From the NCBI RefSeq assembly GCF_009914755.1, contig NC_060947.1: a stretch of 64,000 nucleotides of DNA. One strand, given 5' to 3'. The position numbers were made by a program, and so were the translations under genes. Below, piece after piece: positions 1 to 64,000 of this stretch. Source of the DNA: the human T2T-CHM13v2.0 reference genome, Homo sapiens. Every line of letters begins with the position of its first letter. Position 1 is the stretch's first letter. The notes under the pieces are model-generated. The model saw nothing but the letters and a program-made list of their open reading frames with translations. It was not told the origin of the DNA and made no database searches.

Positions 1-1756
1 CTCGGTTTCCTTGTGTTACTCAGAACTGCATCTCCAAAATAATTAAGAATGATGTTAACACTCAAATGACTTTTAAAGCCAAAATGTTATCTGTGCTATA
101 ACTTCTCAGGCTTAGTGTGAGGATTCAAAAGGTCCATCATAAACTCAAGGTGATGTCTTCTGGTTATTAATTTTAATATGAAAGGTCTTCAGTTTCATAA
201 TTATTAAAGGAATTTATTTTATAGAAGAGATAGCTTCACTGAAAGCAAAACAAAATAAATAAGATTCTCTTCTTCTACAATCAATTTTTATAAATATTGT
301 ACTAATTATGTCATATGCATGAAGATAATAGGAAACATGTTAAATGCATAATATCAGAGAGATCTTTACATTCTATTTGCCAGATTGTAAATGAAACCCT
401 CTAACTTATTTTTTAAACCTAATGCTGTTGACAGTTGCATAGTCAGTTATAATGTCCTAATCCACTGATGGACACACATCACAATGTATTTTTATAAGCC
501 ACAATATACTATTTCGCTCTGTGCAATGTAATGAGAGGATAGATCTCAATCAAGACTCACTTGATATTGTAGCATTCAACCAAAATCTACCGTGAAGTAT
601 TAATTTGTCATTTCAACCTAAGTCAAAAATGCATGTCATTTGAAAGTAATATATTTTAATAATAATCTTAAGTCAGGGGCTTCCAGAGAACACAGATCAA
701 TGGGACCTTGTCCTCTTATCTAGTATCATGCCACACAATAATAAATGCTTAAAATGCTGATGATATAGCAATACATTACATTTCAACTCTCCCAATAGCA
801 CTGCAAAAAAAGAAGAATATTGAAAAAGTGCACTCACAGTAGAAATAAAGTGGCTAGAAAGGAATAATGTGAGTTTCCCCCCAAATAAAATGTATTACAT
901 TGATAAATGTATAGGTAAGCCCTTCACTGCCTGAAAAATAAGCACAGACCCAAAGTAGACTGAAATTGTTGTTTTTCCATACACTTTTCAAAGGGTGCTA
1001 ATAAGCCATAAATCTACTGGGATTAGTTAACAGTAATAGAATAATTTCAAATTGAAACTAATCAAATATATAATTTTATATGTCCTGCATTACAATTAGC
1101 TAAAAATTAATGTAATTAACTTTGTCCTGAATTAAATGTGAGGAGATCTGGCTCTACTTAAAATGATGATGATAAGTGATGGAAAATATACTCTGTGTCT
1201 TCTTAATGTTGAGTACAAATGTTTATATGGAAGTTAGATGAGTACACTTTGTGTTTTCACTTTTGAATCTTGGAGATCTGAGCACAAGAAGGAAATTTTT
1301 TTCTAGTATATACATTACAGTATTATTTTATGGCTTTATTGGGTTTTTTAAATTGCTTCATAAAAAACAATTTATTTAAAACACTGATTTATATGTCTTG
1401 ATTCAAACAGTTATTTGAGCACATATTTTAAGTGACCCATGTTTCTTATTTCTGTTCTCTTTCTGTGTCTCTGCCTCTCTCTCTCTCTTCATTGACCATT
1501 TAAATAAGCATGAAATAGTTGGCAGAAAGCTGGCTATATTTATTTTCAAACTTAACAACTCTTCGATGCGATCAGTTAATTTTGATTAATTAGAACTATT
1601 TGGCTTTTGAAAGTGTTCAAAATGTTACTGTCTTAGATTTTATCCTTTTCTAACATGTATATATTTTTTTAAGTTGTAAACTGCTCAATTCAGCATGTGT
1701 AATGTTTCTTTGTATTTGTCTGATACTCTTCTTTTATGGCTACCGCTTTTTGTCTT

Positions 1757-1960
1757 TTTTCATAGGTTATTGGGGTACAGGTGGTATTTGGTTACGTGAG
1801 TAAATCCTTTAGTGGTGATTTGTGAGATTTTGGTGCATCTATCACCCGAGCAGTATACACTGCACCCTATTTGTAGTATTTTATCCCTCGCCCCCTCCCA
1901 CACTTCCCCCCAAGTCCCCAAAGTCCATTGTATCATTCTTATGCCTTTGCGTCCTCATAG
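1757..1960 (-). mobile_element. L1PB-type 3' end fragment with TSD gctttttgtct
   Basis: Reverse complement of the L1PB 3'UTR (aaatcaccactaaag...); TSD at about 1745 and about 1960. Confidence 0.8.
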
Positions 1961-1969
1961 CTTTTTGTC

Positions 1970-3530
1970 TTGTATAAGAAATTGTTAACTATTCAAAGTC
2001 ATGACAACATCGTCCTGTTTGGTTTTAGGAGATTTATTATTTTAGCTTTTAGGTTTAGATCTGTGATCCAACTCAAAATAATTTTTGTGTATGAAGTAAG
2101 ATATAGAGATGGAGGTTCACTTATTTTTCCATATGGATACCCAGTTGCCAAGCATCATTTGTTAAAACAACCTTCCTTTCCCCATTCAAATGACTTGACC
2201 CCTTGATTAAAAATGATTATGTATATGTGGGACTATTTATGAAATCATTATTTTTCTATACTTACACTAATGCCATATTGTATTGATTACTGTAGTTTAT
2301 AAGGGGTATTGAAATCAGGTGCTTAAGTCCTCCCAATTTTTACGATTCTTCTGTACTAGATCCTTTGCCTTTTTACATATTTTTCAGAATAAATTTGTCT
2401 TATAAATTTTCAAAAGGAGTTGCTGAGATTTTGATTTTGATTTCATTGAATCTATAGGACAATTTGGGGATAATGGGTTTCTTAACAAAATTGAGATTCC
2501 CAAATCATGCACATGGTATAGCTCTCCATTTATTAGGTCATCTTAATTATATCTCAGCAATGATCTGTAGTTTTCAGTATGGAAGCCTTGTGATCTGTTA
2601 TTAGATTTATTTCTATTTATTCTATATCTTATGTTGCTAATATAAATGTTCTTTTGAAATTTTATTTTTAAATTCTTTGTTGCTAGGATATAGAATTATA
2701 ATTTATTTTTGTAAAGACTGCACATTGTGGCCTTGTAAAATTCACTTATTAGTTCTAGTAGGGACTTGTATGTAAATTCCTTATGGTTTTGTACATATAC
2801 ATGATCTGCTAATCATGACGGTGCATCTTCTTTTTTAATCTTTTAGTTCTTTAATGTTTTCCTTGTGTTATGGAACTGACTAGGACTTACAGTATAATGT
2901 TAAATAAAAATGGTCAGTGACTATCCTTGGCTTGTTTCCAATCTTAGGGAGAAAACTTCCAATAGTTCACCATTAAGTATGATGCTAACTGTAGGTTTTC
3001 ATAATGTGTTTTATCATATTGAAGAAACTCCCTTTATTCCTTGTTTGCTGATAGTTTTTGTCATAAATGAGTATGAAGTTCTATCGATGGCTTTCTTGTA
3101 TCTATTGAAATGATTATATAATTTTCTTCCTCATTATGTTAATATGATGAATTACATTGATTTTCAAGTGTCTAATACAGGTATTTAAAGCCATACATTT
3201 GCCTCCCTCTTTAGCTGCATCCAGAAATTTTTTGATATTTTGAGTTTTCATTTTCATCCAATTTGAAATAGTTCTAATTTCCCTTGTACTTTCTTTGTCT
3301 CATGTATTGTATAGATGTGTATTCTTTAATATCAAAATACTTTGGATTTACTGATTTCTAAGATTACATCCTGAGACTATATGATTCCAATCTTTTGAAA
3401 TTTATGAAGACTTGTTTTATGACACAGAAGGCAGCCTATCTTGGTGAATGTTCCATGTATACTTGAAAATAATGATGCATTCTGCAGTTGTTGGGTGTAG
3501 ATTTTTAATAAATGTCAAATGGTTCAGGTT
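1970..3530 (-). mobile_element. Ancient L1M ORF2 remnant
   Basis: Degenerate L1 ORF2 antisense text (cattgaatctatag...ttggg; cttgtttccaatcttagggagaaa...ttcaccattaagtatgatg). Confidence 0.7.
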
Positions 3531-5783
3531 GTCAGTATACTAGATTTCGGATTACTAATTAAGTAATTCAATAATTATCTAAATAATTTAACAATTAGTG
3601 CAAAAAGCCTTTGAAAGATGACCCATATTAGAGTTATCAAACAAACAAATGAGAAGTGACTCCATTTGAGCAGTTCCCATGTGACCCAGCATTTCTATTA
3701 AGCCTCATTATCCCTAGATTTCATTTTATGTTACAAATAAAATTTGGAACCAAATAAGTTACACCTGGTGTGTTTAAACAGTCTACCATTACCTGGAATT
3801 CGAACAAACAAAAGACCAAAACAAGGATTTCAGAGGAAGTGTGTGCATGCAAGAATCATCTTATTTAACAATTCATTGATTTTCCTTTTCTGTGCTACCT
3901 TTTAACAGACAACTAAGTGTCACTTAGAGGAAAAAACTACAAGAAAACGGGTTTATATACAGAAATGTTACATACTATGGGTTAAGTTAATAGAAATGAA
4001 CATCAGATTAGCTCCCAATGCTTCATACTACCTTCACACATAAGTCTTGGGTATAGACACAAGTGTGTTTGTGTATGTGTGTCTGTGTGTGTGTAGCAGA
4101 GACCTACCATAAAGAAATAACATGCTCCTAGGACAGTGTAGAACTACATACTAGTAAAGTATTCTTGGGCAGTAAGGCAGGTACCTTAAAAGCATATCCT
4201 CAGTATTTAATTCTGAAGGGTATCTTACAAAACACCATAGTATCTTCAATCTCTTTCAAGACTATCAACTTTATAGGGAAAAGTCTAATGTGCCTTTAAA
4301 ATTTTCATTCATAAATTTAAAACTATTAAAGAAAAAAAATAAATTCTAGCTAACATAATGTGTTTGCTGCTTTATTTCTAACTGCAGAGAGGTCATTACT
4401 CTATGCCAATGTCCTCTTTGGTGAAGCTTTAACATTTTTAGTCTTCAAATTGTGTACAGTTTATTCATATTGTACCTGTAACTTTGGCATTCCGAAACCT
4501 ATGGTCACCAATTAAAATATGTAAACTGTTTCCTAGAATCAGGCCTTCTTTTCTTCTGTTTAGATTTTTCACCAACCTAAATAATAAATGAATTAGTAGC
4601 CAACAATGGTAATACTAAGTGAATTAAAACAAATACATTACGTTGCAGCTCAAACTTTCACAAGGCTACTGCATGTGTTCAAAGACCTTCATGACACTGT
4701 GCATGAGTCCTTTAAGTAATCTACAAAGGACTTTGGTTATTAGAAAAAATTATTACTTTAATGATCCATCATTAACTTTTAATTCTCTGTGTACACTCTT
4801 CCACCTAAAGGGTTAGAGTACACAGTCAATGTAGCATTTCAGTTCAAGTTATTGACCCAATGAAGACAGAAATCTTACATTTAGAATATCCAAAAGAATT
4901 ATGGAAGTTTCATTCAATCCGAACAATATTTTCTTCCTGCTTTGGGTTCTCTCCTACCTAAACAGTATATTTGGCAGAACCATCTTTACAATCAGTACTA
5001 TATAAAGTCAAAGGCATAAGGGTAGAATGAGAAAGTCAATATTTGACCTGATAAACAGAAGTGTAGCTATGTTGTAAAGTAGTAAAGTGTGGTCTCTGGC
5101 ACACAGTAGGCGTTCATTAAATATGTGGCTAATGAATGATTTAAATGACCAGATGGAATGTGATCTGTAGCCATTACAAAGCCCAGACGTATCAGCTAAA
5201 ACATCTGAGCCAAAGGTAAACTACAAAAGAACATGCAGACTCATAGCATGTCATTCGTTCAAAGCATTTTTCACTCACCAAAGGTTAATGTTCCTTTCAG
5301 TGAGCTTTATAGGCAGTGCTGAAGCAATGAAAATGAAAGCCATCGCTGTGATATTTCTGCTTTTGGAGACTGTATAACAAAGATACAGATAAAGCAGAAC
5401 ATTTGATTAGCTATCTATGTGCCCCAGCTGGAGATCATCACAGGCTTTGCAAACACACCTACCATTGACCCTCAGCATTCCCATGGAGAAGCTGAATGAC
5501 ATCTCCATTTCTAATCAGGAGGTCTTCTGAGCCTCTCTTCCTGCAGTCTGCTAGGGATCTATATTTGCTTGGAGACTGTAAAGTTGTTTTAAAAAATTAT
5601 ATTACAAACTTGATTGCAAAACCACTTGCATAACTGCCTGCTCTGCAACATGAAGAATTAACTCTTTTCTTCACTGGTAAATGTGGTAGCTGCAGCAGCT
5701 TTGCAGGAACAGACAGACATGAAGCAGTATGTGATGGGGAACGAAAAAGGCAGAACAAGTTTATCTAACCTGAAGAATTAATT

Positions 5784-5789
5784 TTTATT
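5784..5789 (-). terminator. Distal polyadenylation signal AATAAA
   Basis: tttatt on the + strand, followed on the minus strand by a U/GU-rich tract (cttgttctgccttttt). Confidence 0.75.
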
Positions 5790-6298
5790 TGAAAAAAAGA
5801 ATTACAACATGAAATATACAGAAAATAGCAGAGCACAACTAATTTAAGTTACATTAATTATAAGCAGAAATCCAGAAAAAAAGTGTGAAAATATTAACTT
5901 TTAAATACGGCTTTTGTAAACTACTCTCATGAAAATTTTATCTGGGCACATACAGACAGTAGCCCTGAACAAAATTTACTCATGCCCCGAAAAGAATTTC
6001 TGGGCTTTGTATTGTTTCACACAAGTTAAAACAATGGGCACAAAAGCTGTGGTTTCAACAAAAGCATATTAAATCATAATGTTGTGCTTTACTTGACCTT
6101 AGCCATTTTGCAGCCGTAATTTTGACTTAATTCATTAATAAACTAAATAATCCAAGGCACACCGATTGCATTTGGTTACAAAGTAGAGAAGAAATAATTT
6201 TCAAGTCCAAAAGTATTCTGAGATGAGAATCTTTCAAGCACAATATCTGACACATTAAATACATGATTTTAAAAAGACAGCGTACCATAATTAAAAGC

Positions 6299-6304
6299 TT
6301 TATT
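6299..6304 (-). terminator. Candidate proximal polyadenylation signal AATAAA
   Basis: tttatt on the + strand, about 160 nt after the stop codon. Confidence 0.4.
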
Positions 6305-6466
6305 AAATGAAAGAAAAGAAGTATGTGCTGTGGTTTCTTTGCGTGTCCATTAACCTGAAAACAACATCTGCATCATTTGAGCTCAATGTCTTTTGCGCAG
6401 TATTTTTCCAAATGAGCTGAGAAGCAGGCAGGAAAGAGCTACTTGCCATTTGACATAGTAGCTTCA

Positions 6467-56436
<49,970 letters not shown>

Positions 56437-57599
56437 CTGTAGAAAGAAAGAACAAAAGAAATTGGAAAAAAAATTGTCAACACACACTCAACTGAGCACA
56501 TATCAGAAAATATGTAACTGAAGGAAACAAATTTTAAATTCATAAAAGCCAGTAAAAGGCCAACACTTTACAAATGGATATTGATAAAATCTAAAAACAT
56601 GCAAATAGAAAAATAATGTAAGGCTCCAGGTCAGATCCTTGCAACACTTCTGGTACGAAATTTTCTCACACTAAAGAAGTAGATCCAACCTTATGAAGAA
56701 ATAGACTCTAAATCTTATTTTAGAGTTATTTGAACTCAAATTGCACTTATTTCCTATAAAAACAAATAGAATTAGGTGGCAGTTTCCTAGGATAACCCTA
56801 AAAGTCAAAGGGTTTTTGTCTGTGTATTTACACTAAACAATGAAAGAAAACTTTATTATGGGATTATATTTTTATTTTAATCCAATCAATATTTACTGAA
56901 CATCTTCTATGTGTCTACTTCATGTATTTAAATGAATATCAAGCTCTGTTAGGCATTGAATGTTCACAAATTAAGAAAACACAATCTCTACCCAACAGTT
57001 CAACTGCAGAGTCCATTACTAATCAGCAATTCTTTAACTAAATTGATAAGTAATCAAAGGAATTAGAATAATATACAAGGGGAAATGATAGCACAAACTC
57101 TCCGAGACATAGGAAGGTCAAAAAGATCTTGAAGCATAACGAGGAGTTAACTGGATCAGAATGTTGTTCTAGTTCACCAATGTTTCCCCAGCGTCTAGAA
57201 CTTGCTGGCACATAGTATGCAGTCAAAAATAACTGCTACACTAAAGAATTCAAAAGACAAAGAAGGAGGACACATTGCAAAATAAGTGGAGAACGGAGTA
57301 ACATATCCCAATTTTAATAACAAATCACCACGTACTAAATGCTTACTCTGTGCAAAGCATTTTGCCAATATTATCATAAATTCTTTTCATAATAATTCTA
57401 TGAAGGAGTTAGGTTACTCACTTTTACAAATAAAGAAAGTGAGACTCAGAGAGTTTAAGGATACCTTCCCCCAGCTGGCAAAGCCTTCATTTGCCCCTAA
57501 GTCTGTGCTCTTAATCACTAAACTACTCCACCTCCTGAAAAGGCCCTAGTCAAGAGAGCTAGATGAAATGACACTGGGGGACAATGGGAGATGGTGTTG

Positions 57600-58180
57600 G
57601 GAAAACGGGCCAGAACCACATCAGAAAGGATCATGGGTTTTTTTTTCCTGGAGGTAAGGGGAGTCTCTAAAAGGTTTTGAGCATCAGAACAACATGGTCA
57701 AATTTGCATTTTAGAAAGATCACTTTGGCTTTGGGAAGAACTGGATTTGAACAAGAGTAGAAGCAGACAGATGAGCTAGGAGGCTGGTACAGTAATCCAA
57801 GCCAGGAATGATGAGTTTCTGAACTAAAGTAATGATACCAGGAATAAGAGTAGAATTTAGGAGGCACAATCAGCAAGACATAACTACTTGATGTACTTGC
57901 CGAGAAAGGAGGTACTAGGAGGATCAAACTCCAGATTTGGGGCTTGAGTAACTGGTTGAATAGTACAACCTTCACTGAGATGGGAAACACAAGAGAAACA
58001 GGTTTTAAGAAGGGAAACAAGATTCTGATCTCCATTCATATACACGTTAGGTTGGAAGGGTCAGCAGGACATCCAGATGATGTCCTTCGGATAGCTGTTT
58101 GTACAATTAAGAAGGGAAAGAAGTCTAGGCTAAAAGTGGAGAATCAGGAGCCATCAGCCTCAAGATGGCAGATTAGAGCA
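57600..58180. mobile_element. L2 remnant
   Basis: atttgcattttagaaagatcactttggct...cagtaatccaag. Confidence 0.6.
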
Positions 58181-58795
58181 TAATAGAGCAAAATATATGA
58201 AAAATATTCCAACTGCAATTATATTTCAGGCATATTACAATACTAGTAATTAAACAAAACTATAAACTAAGAATAAGATACTGTGGGGCAAGGAGTTTAT
58301 GGGAACTCTCTGTACTTCCTGTTAAATTTTGTTGTGAACTTAAAACTGCTCTAAAAAAATAAAGTCTATTTTAAAATAAAAGAAAAAAGTAACTTCCACC
58401 AGGGTATAAAACATAGACTCTTTGGGAAATGATGCTCAAAACTGGGGATTTTCCTAATTCAATTTGAGATGGTGATAAAACATAAAATGTTAAGTGGCAA
58501 TGAGAACTAGAGTAAATGAAAGAGAAATGAGTGTGATAAGCACAAATAAGTAAATTAAAAGAGCATAAAATTAAATCAATAAATTAAACAATGATTATCA
58601 ATATACATAAATTGGGATGGCTGTCCAACTCATAATTCCCCCAGGAGGCCATGACTGTTACTCTCTCCCTTCATCTGAGAAACGACTCCCCCTTCTATTA
58701 TTCTACACATTGGTTCCAAATGAGAACTCTTATTTTCCTACACGGCCCTGCCCTTCCAACACACAATGATTAATAGTGATTAGAAGTATGATTAG

Positions 58796-59078
58796 GGCCA
58801 GACATGGTGATTCATGCCTGTAATCCCAACAGGCTAGGAGACCGAGGATGGAGGATCACTTGAGGCCAGGAGTTCCAGAACAGCTTGGACAACATAGTGA
58901 GACCCCATCTCTACAAAAAATTTAAAAATTATCCAGTCATGGTGGCATGCGCCTATGGTTCCAGTTACTCAGGAGGCTGAGGCGGGAGGATCACTTGAGC
59001 CCAGGAAGTTGAGCCTGCAGTGACCCATGATGGCGACAGAGCGAGACCTCATCTTTTTAAAAAAGAAAAAGAAAAAAC
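58796..59078 (+). mobile_element. AluJ-like
   Basis: Diverged Alu dimer with A-rich tail. Confidence 0.88.
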
Positions 59079-59336
59079 ATAAGTATGAACATTTGATGTA
59101 AGCAGGGCCAAAGAAGTCCTGCCCTAGAATTTTCAAACGAATACTGAGTGAAGGAAACTTTGAGGATGCCATTCAAAAGCAGCAGATTGCCAAGAGCCCT
59201 GCTGCTGGGGAAACATTGAAAAGAATAAAGTTAACATGTATACAGAAACAGAGAGAGACAGAGAAACAGAGAGTTCCAACGGTAATGTATATCCTACCTT
59301 CTATTATGTACGTAATGTATATTTTATTTTATGTTA

Positions 59337-59647
<311 letters not shown>

Positions 59648-59711
59648 TATATATATGTTTTCCAGTTATTACAGGAATTAAAAGAAATAATGAATATAAA
59701 GGCACTTCTAA

Positions 59712-60022
59712 AATTTTTATTTTAGGTTTGGGGGTATATGCAAAGGTTACAGAGACAAACACGTGTCACAGTGGGGGTTGTTGTACATATTATTCCTTCA
59801 CCCAGGTATTAAGCCCAGTACCCAATAGTGATCTTTTCTGCTCCCCTCCCTCCTCCCACCCTCCACCCTCAAGTAGACCCGTGTCTGTTGTTTCCTTCTT
59901 TGTGTTCATAACTTCTTATTTAGCTCCCACTTATAAGTGAGAACATGCAGTATTTAAGGAACTTAAACAAATTTACAAGAGAAAAACAAACAACCCCATT
60001 AAAAAGTGGGCCAAGGACATGA
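59712..60022 (-). mobile_element. Short old L1 with 5' inversion (3'UTR minus 59712-59955, ORF2 piece plus 59956-60022)
   Basis: Opposite-orientation L1 pieces between aaaggcactt direct repeats at 59698 and 60023. Confidence 0.75.
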
Positions 60023-61706
60023 AAAGGCACTTTTTAAACTGTAAAAAATATTAATAAGATAGTTTTAAAATTTTGCCTTGGATTCTCGGACGTCAGGACA
60101 AGCAGGTTTGGGTAGAAAACTTTAGGGATATGGATAAAGGCTAGCTTAAGGGAAGAATCTGACAGGGACTTGTGGGAACTTTTGGCCTATTTTTAAGTGG
60201 AAAGCACAGATTCTATTTTTACTCCCTTAAGTTTAGGAGTTAAGCCTTTCCTTTTTCTTCACCTGGGTAAATTCCCATTATATTATTATACACACCTGCC
60301 TTGAACCTGTTTATGTTTTCACTTTTAAATGAAATTGAAAGCACCCTACTTTTGCCAACATTTAAAGCAAAATTACTTTTATTCTTTCATGGATTCTAAG
60401 TTGATCTGGTTTCATCTTTCTCTCTCTGACTTCCCTTAATCTCATATTCTCTTGTATCTAGAATTATCTGGATACAAGAACCTGGGGCTGACTTCAAGCC
60501 AGGGGTACTCAGCCATCTCCAAAATTATGTGTGAGGGAGGAGGGGATGGGAGGATACTATGGGAATAGAGAGAGCTATGTAGCAACTCTCTGCCTGAGGT
60601 AAGGCCCTGCTCTCTACTCTGCCATTCCTAGGAGAGCAAGGCTGTACCAGCAGCCAGGTCCAGAGACAGCTGATCACATAGCAGGGAACAAAGTAGAAAG
60701 AAAGGAGAGAGAAGGAAAATCACCGTCTGCAAGATGAGTGGGGAAGTGATTTTAAGCAGGGGTAGGGGTATTCAGCTGCTCATAAGCTAGGGATTTTATG
60801 TTGGATGTTTATTAAACCTGTTATTGCTCTATTTAATAAAGTGGATTATCCCAAACATTGACGGCTATATAAGTTGCTTCTAAAGATAATTCTATATGCT
60901 AATCAGTTCATTCTTAAGTAAAACCTTCTGATTATCTTAGCATACCTTCTCATTCCTTAATTCCTTCAAAATATTTAGTAATTCACTTGTCACAAAAAGC
61001 CCAGAAAAACTTGGGCTTTTAAAGAAAATGCACCATCAAAGGATGAAAACTTCATTTATTGACTACATAATAACATTTACAATATTTTTTGTTATAGTTT
61101 ATAGTACAATTTTATAATCTTTTTTGCATATCTTCCTAGAGCACATGGATTCTGTTAACCCAATAGTTACTCCCAATTTTAGTAGCCATTTGGGAGACTA
61201 AATAACTTGTAGGCAATAGCTACACAACTACTAAGCAATCAGAGCAATCAGGTGGCACTCAAACAATTCATCTGATTTGTCAGTTATTTTTCTAGAAAAC
61301 TAAATCATATAGTTTAGACCAGGTGTGTTGTTTTCATCCCTCGTGCCCACACGTGAATAAGACATACCTGAATTTTTAATCCCACTCCCATTCACTTAAC
61401 CCAGACCATAACAGGTGCCTACCAAACTGTCACACTTTTAAAGTATGACATTTATGACTACTTTTCATAGCTTCTCTTTAGCAAAAAAAATACGTATATT
61501 TATGTATATTTATATATTCAGGACCTCTCAAAGCTTTAAGGTAGGGAAAGGAGATTGGAGAGTTGGACAGGGGTGGAAATGTCATTTATTGAATGCATAC
61601 TACTAGAATTATGCCCATAAAGAGCACTATTATGACATTGTGCTAAGTATTTACATGCAGTAGGTTCTATTTTTGTCCTCATTTCACAACTGGAGAAACT
61701 GAGTGC

Positions 61707-62142
61707 CATTATCCTCAAAGATGTCTACATCCTAATCCCTGGAACCTGGTAATATGTTATCTTATATGGTAAAAGAGACTTTATAAATGTGATTAAGGAT
61801 CTTGATATGGGGAGATTATCCGGGATTATCATGGTGGGACCGATGTAATCATTAGGATAAGAGGGAGGCAGGAGAGTCAGAGAAGAAGATGTGATGGCAG
61901 AGGTCAAAGTGATGCAGGGGTATAAACCAAGGAATGTGGACGATCTCTGCAAGCTAGAAAAGTCAAAGAAACAGATTCTTCTCTAGAGACTCCAGAAGGA
62001 ACACAGCTCTGCTGACCCTTGATTTTTAGCCCAGTTGGGTAATCTTGGACTTCTGACCTCCAGAACCGTAATGATACATTTTCACTGTTTTAAGCCACTA
62101 AGTTTGTAGTAATCTATTACAGCAGCAATAGGGAACTAACAC
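61707..62142 (+). mobile_element. MLT1 (MaLR) solo LTR inserted in a MIR
   Basis: caaagatgtctacatcctaatccctggaacct...ttttaagccactaagtttgt.gtaat...acagcagcaatagg.aactaa. Confidence 0.85.
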
Positions 62143-64000
62143 ATTGAGGTTTTGTGAGGTCAGGCAATTTTTCAAGACCTTCTAGCACATAAGTAGCAGA
62201 ATTAAAACCCCGCTTCACCTGCCTGTTGAACTAGACTCAGTCAACAAGAGGAATTTGCAGAAGTTATAGCAGGGATGACACAAGAATCAGGTTGGTTGAG
62301 AACCTAAACCTGAGACCTAAAGCAGAGGTGACAAACTTGAATGCCTACCATGTGTTAGGGAGATAATGTAAATGTGAAGTAGGCTTAATTAATGAACAGC
62401 CTAAATTAGGTGGAAAATAGCAATTCATACTCCTCCTATATGACGAGGAGCAACAGGAAGTGGTGGGGACCATGGTGAACTGGAGAACATTCAAAGCAGA
62501 GGGCACTCATAAGTCAGTTCACTCACAAATCAGTTCCAGCTACATGTTGTCATGTGGCAAGGTGGGCCCAGCATTGCCAACTCTTTGGTTTCTCAAGAGA
62601 AGACAGAAATCCAGATTGTCATGCAAAGCCCAGATGTTTAAAGATGGAAAACAAATTGAAACTTTGTTAAAATGCTGCATACTCTAAACAAAACGCATCT
62701 GTGCACTGACAATTTGCAACCTCTGAACCAAAAAGCTTCATAGATCTGAACATCAATCAATATCAATAATATGGACACGTCCTTATCTGTGATTGCCGGC
62801 TATGAGAATCTAGAGGGGACAGAACACTCTTGAGCAATTTTAACCTGACAAGCCATATACATTTAAGATTAGTTTGTATGTATCTATGTTGATATACATA
62901 TAAGTATATATAGAGAGTACTTTTTCTCTATATACCAATATTTGCAACAACTAAAATTCTCAAGATAATCCATTTTAAAGCTAGTATTTAAATGAACAAT
63001 CAAACAGCATAGGGTATCAGATGCACATATCAAAGCAAATATAGTTCAAGACCAGTGAACTTTCCCATTTTGGTTTGGGAATATTATATTTCTAAATTCT
63101 TGGGTATGCTGCTTTAAGGACCTCTAATCTGTATGGTTATATAAACATGAAAAAGCACAATTTCTTTTTCCCCAAAATAAAAGCTGAGATTTTGAAAGTA
63201 TAATTCATTTTTGAGAACTTGTCAAAAAAGCAAAGGGATTTGGGCAAAGGTTAGTCTTGTTTTATTTCAATGTGTTTTTGCTTTTTTAAAAAAATAGTTT
63301 GCACGAGAGAGGAAACAGCATTGGTTTTAGGTTCTCGCAGACATTTTTCTGGAGTTCCAGCATGTGACTGCTTAAAGACATCTCAGTAAAAGCGAACCAG
63401 CTGCCTATCACATAGGACTCGGAGCCATGTGTCCAATCACTGTACGTGGTCCCACCCCAGCCCTCAGCAGCAGCTCTTACAGTCTCTTCAAGGTAACGAG
63501 CACAAAATAAGCTCCCTCTCATCTTTCCCTCCCAGAGAACAGATTTACTCCCTTTTACTCACACGTACTTCCAGATTGCCTAGTTCTATGATCTTACAGC
63601 AGTAACAACAACAATAACAACAAGAGCAGGCGTAAACCAAATACATCATTTCACTACCGAAGTCTAGAAATTAACCTTGTTTAATACTCTTGTGTGTGCT
63701 CTCTAAGGGAGGCAATTCATCACCCTATGCACACTTTTCAGTTATTCTAGTTATTATTTCTAGAATGTTTAAAGTAACTTATAAAACATAAAAGTTTGGT
63801 TACTTACTATAAAAATAATTTATTTTCCTATAGCTTTTCCTATTTAATCTTTAGGGTAAAGAAAGGCAGTAACAATAAGAGAGACCCTTGACTAAAAGCC
63901 ATTATGTATGTGTCAGACTTCTTATATATATATCTTATTTAGCCTTCAAAACATTGCAGTAAACTGGATATTATTCCCTTTTTACAGAGGAGCAAACTGA

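Larger units (their letters stand above)
5765..6466 (-). other. MCF2: MCF2 3'UTR (end approximate)
   Basis: Follows the stop codon and ends about 15-20 nt past the AATAAA at 5784-5789. Confidence 0.75.

Overview
Primate, almost certainly human, AT-rich genomic DNA. Most of the window is the MCF2 (DBL proto-oncogene, Rho-GEF) gene on the minus strand. I traced 24 GT-AG coding exons, numbered 2-25 here on the assumption that a 51-nt first coding exon lies beyond the right edge. They join in phase into 2727 nt (908 codons plus stop), covering the Sec14-like tail, spectrin-like region, DH and PH domains and C-tail. There is also a 48-nt in-frame cassette exon, a dual-frame last exon and a 3'UTR with two AATAAA signals. 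The introns are dense in L1, Alu, MIR/L2, hAT/Tigger/MADE1 and MLT1 relics. I found no convincing new biological system. The best leads are: (1) a 49-bp duplication of the exon-7 donor that builds a candidate poison exon; (2) a U12-type donor on the intron that coincides with the classic onco-Dbl truncation point; (3) two separate L1PA copies sharing apparently non-consensus variants; (4) twin-primed and nested in-frame L1 insertions; (5) several unexplained exon-like signatures. Repeat subfamily names and protein identity are from memory, not from a search.
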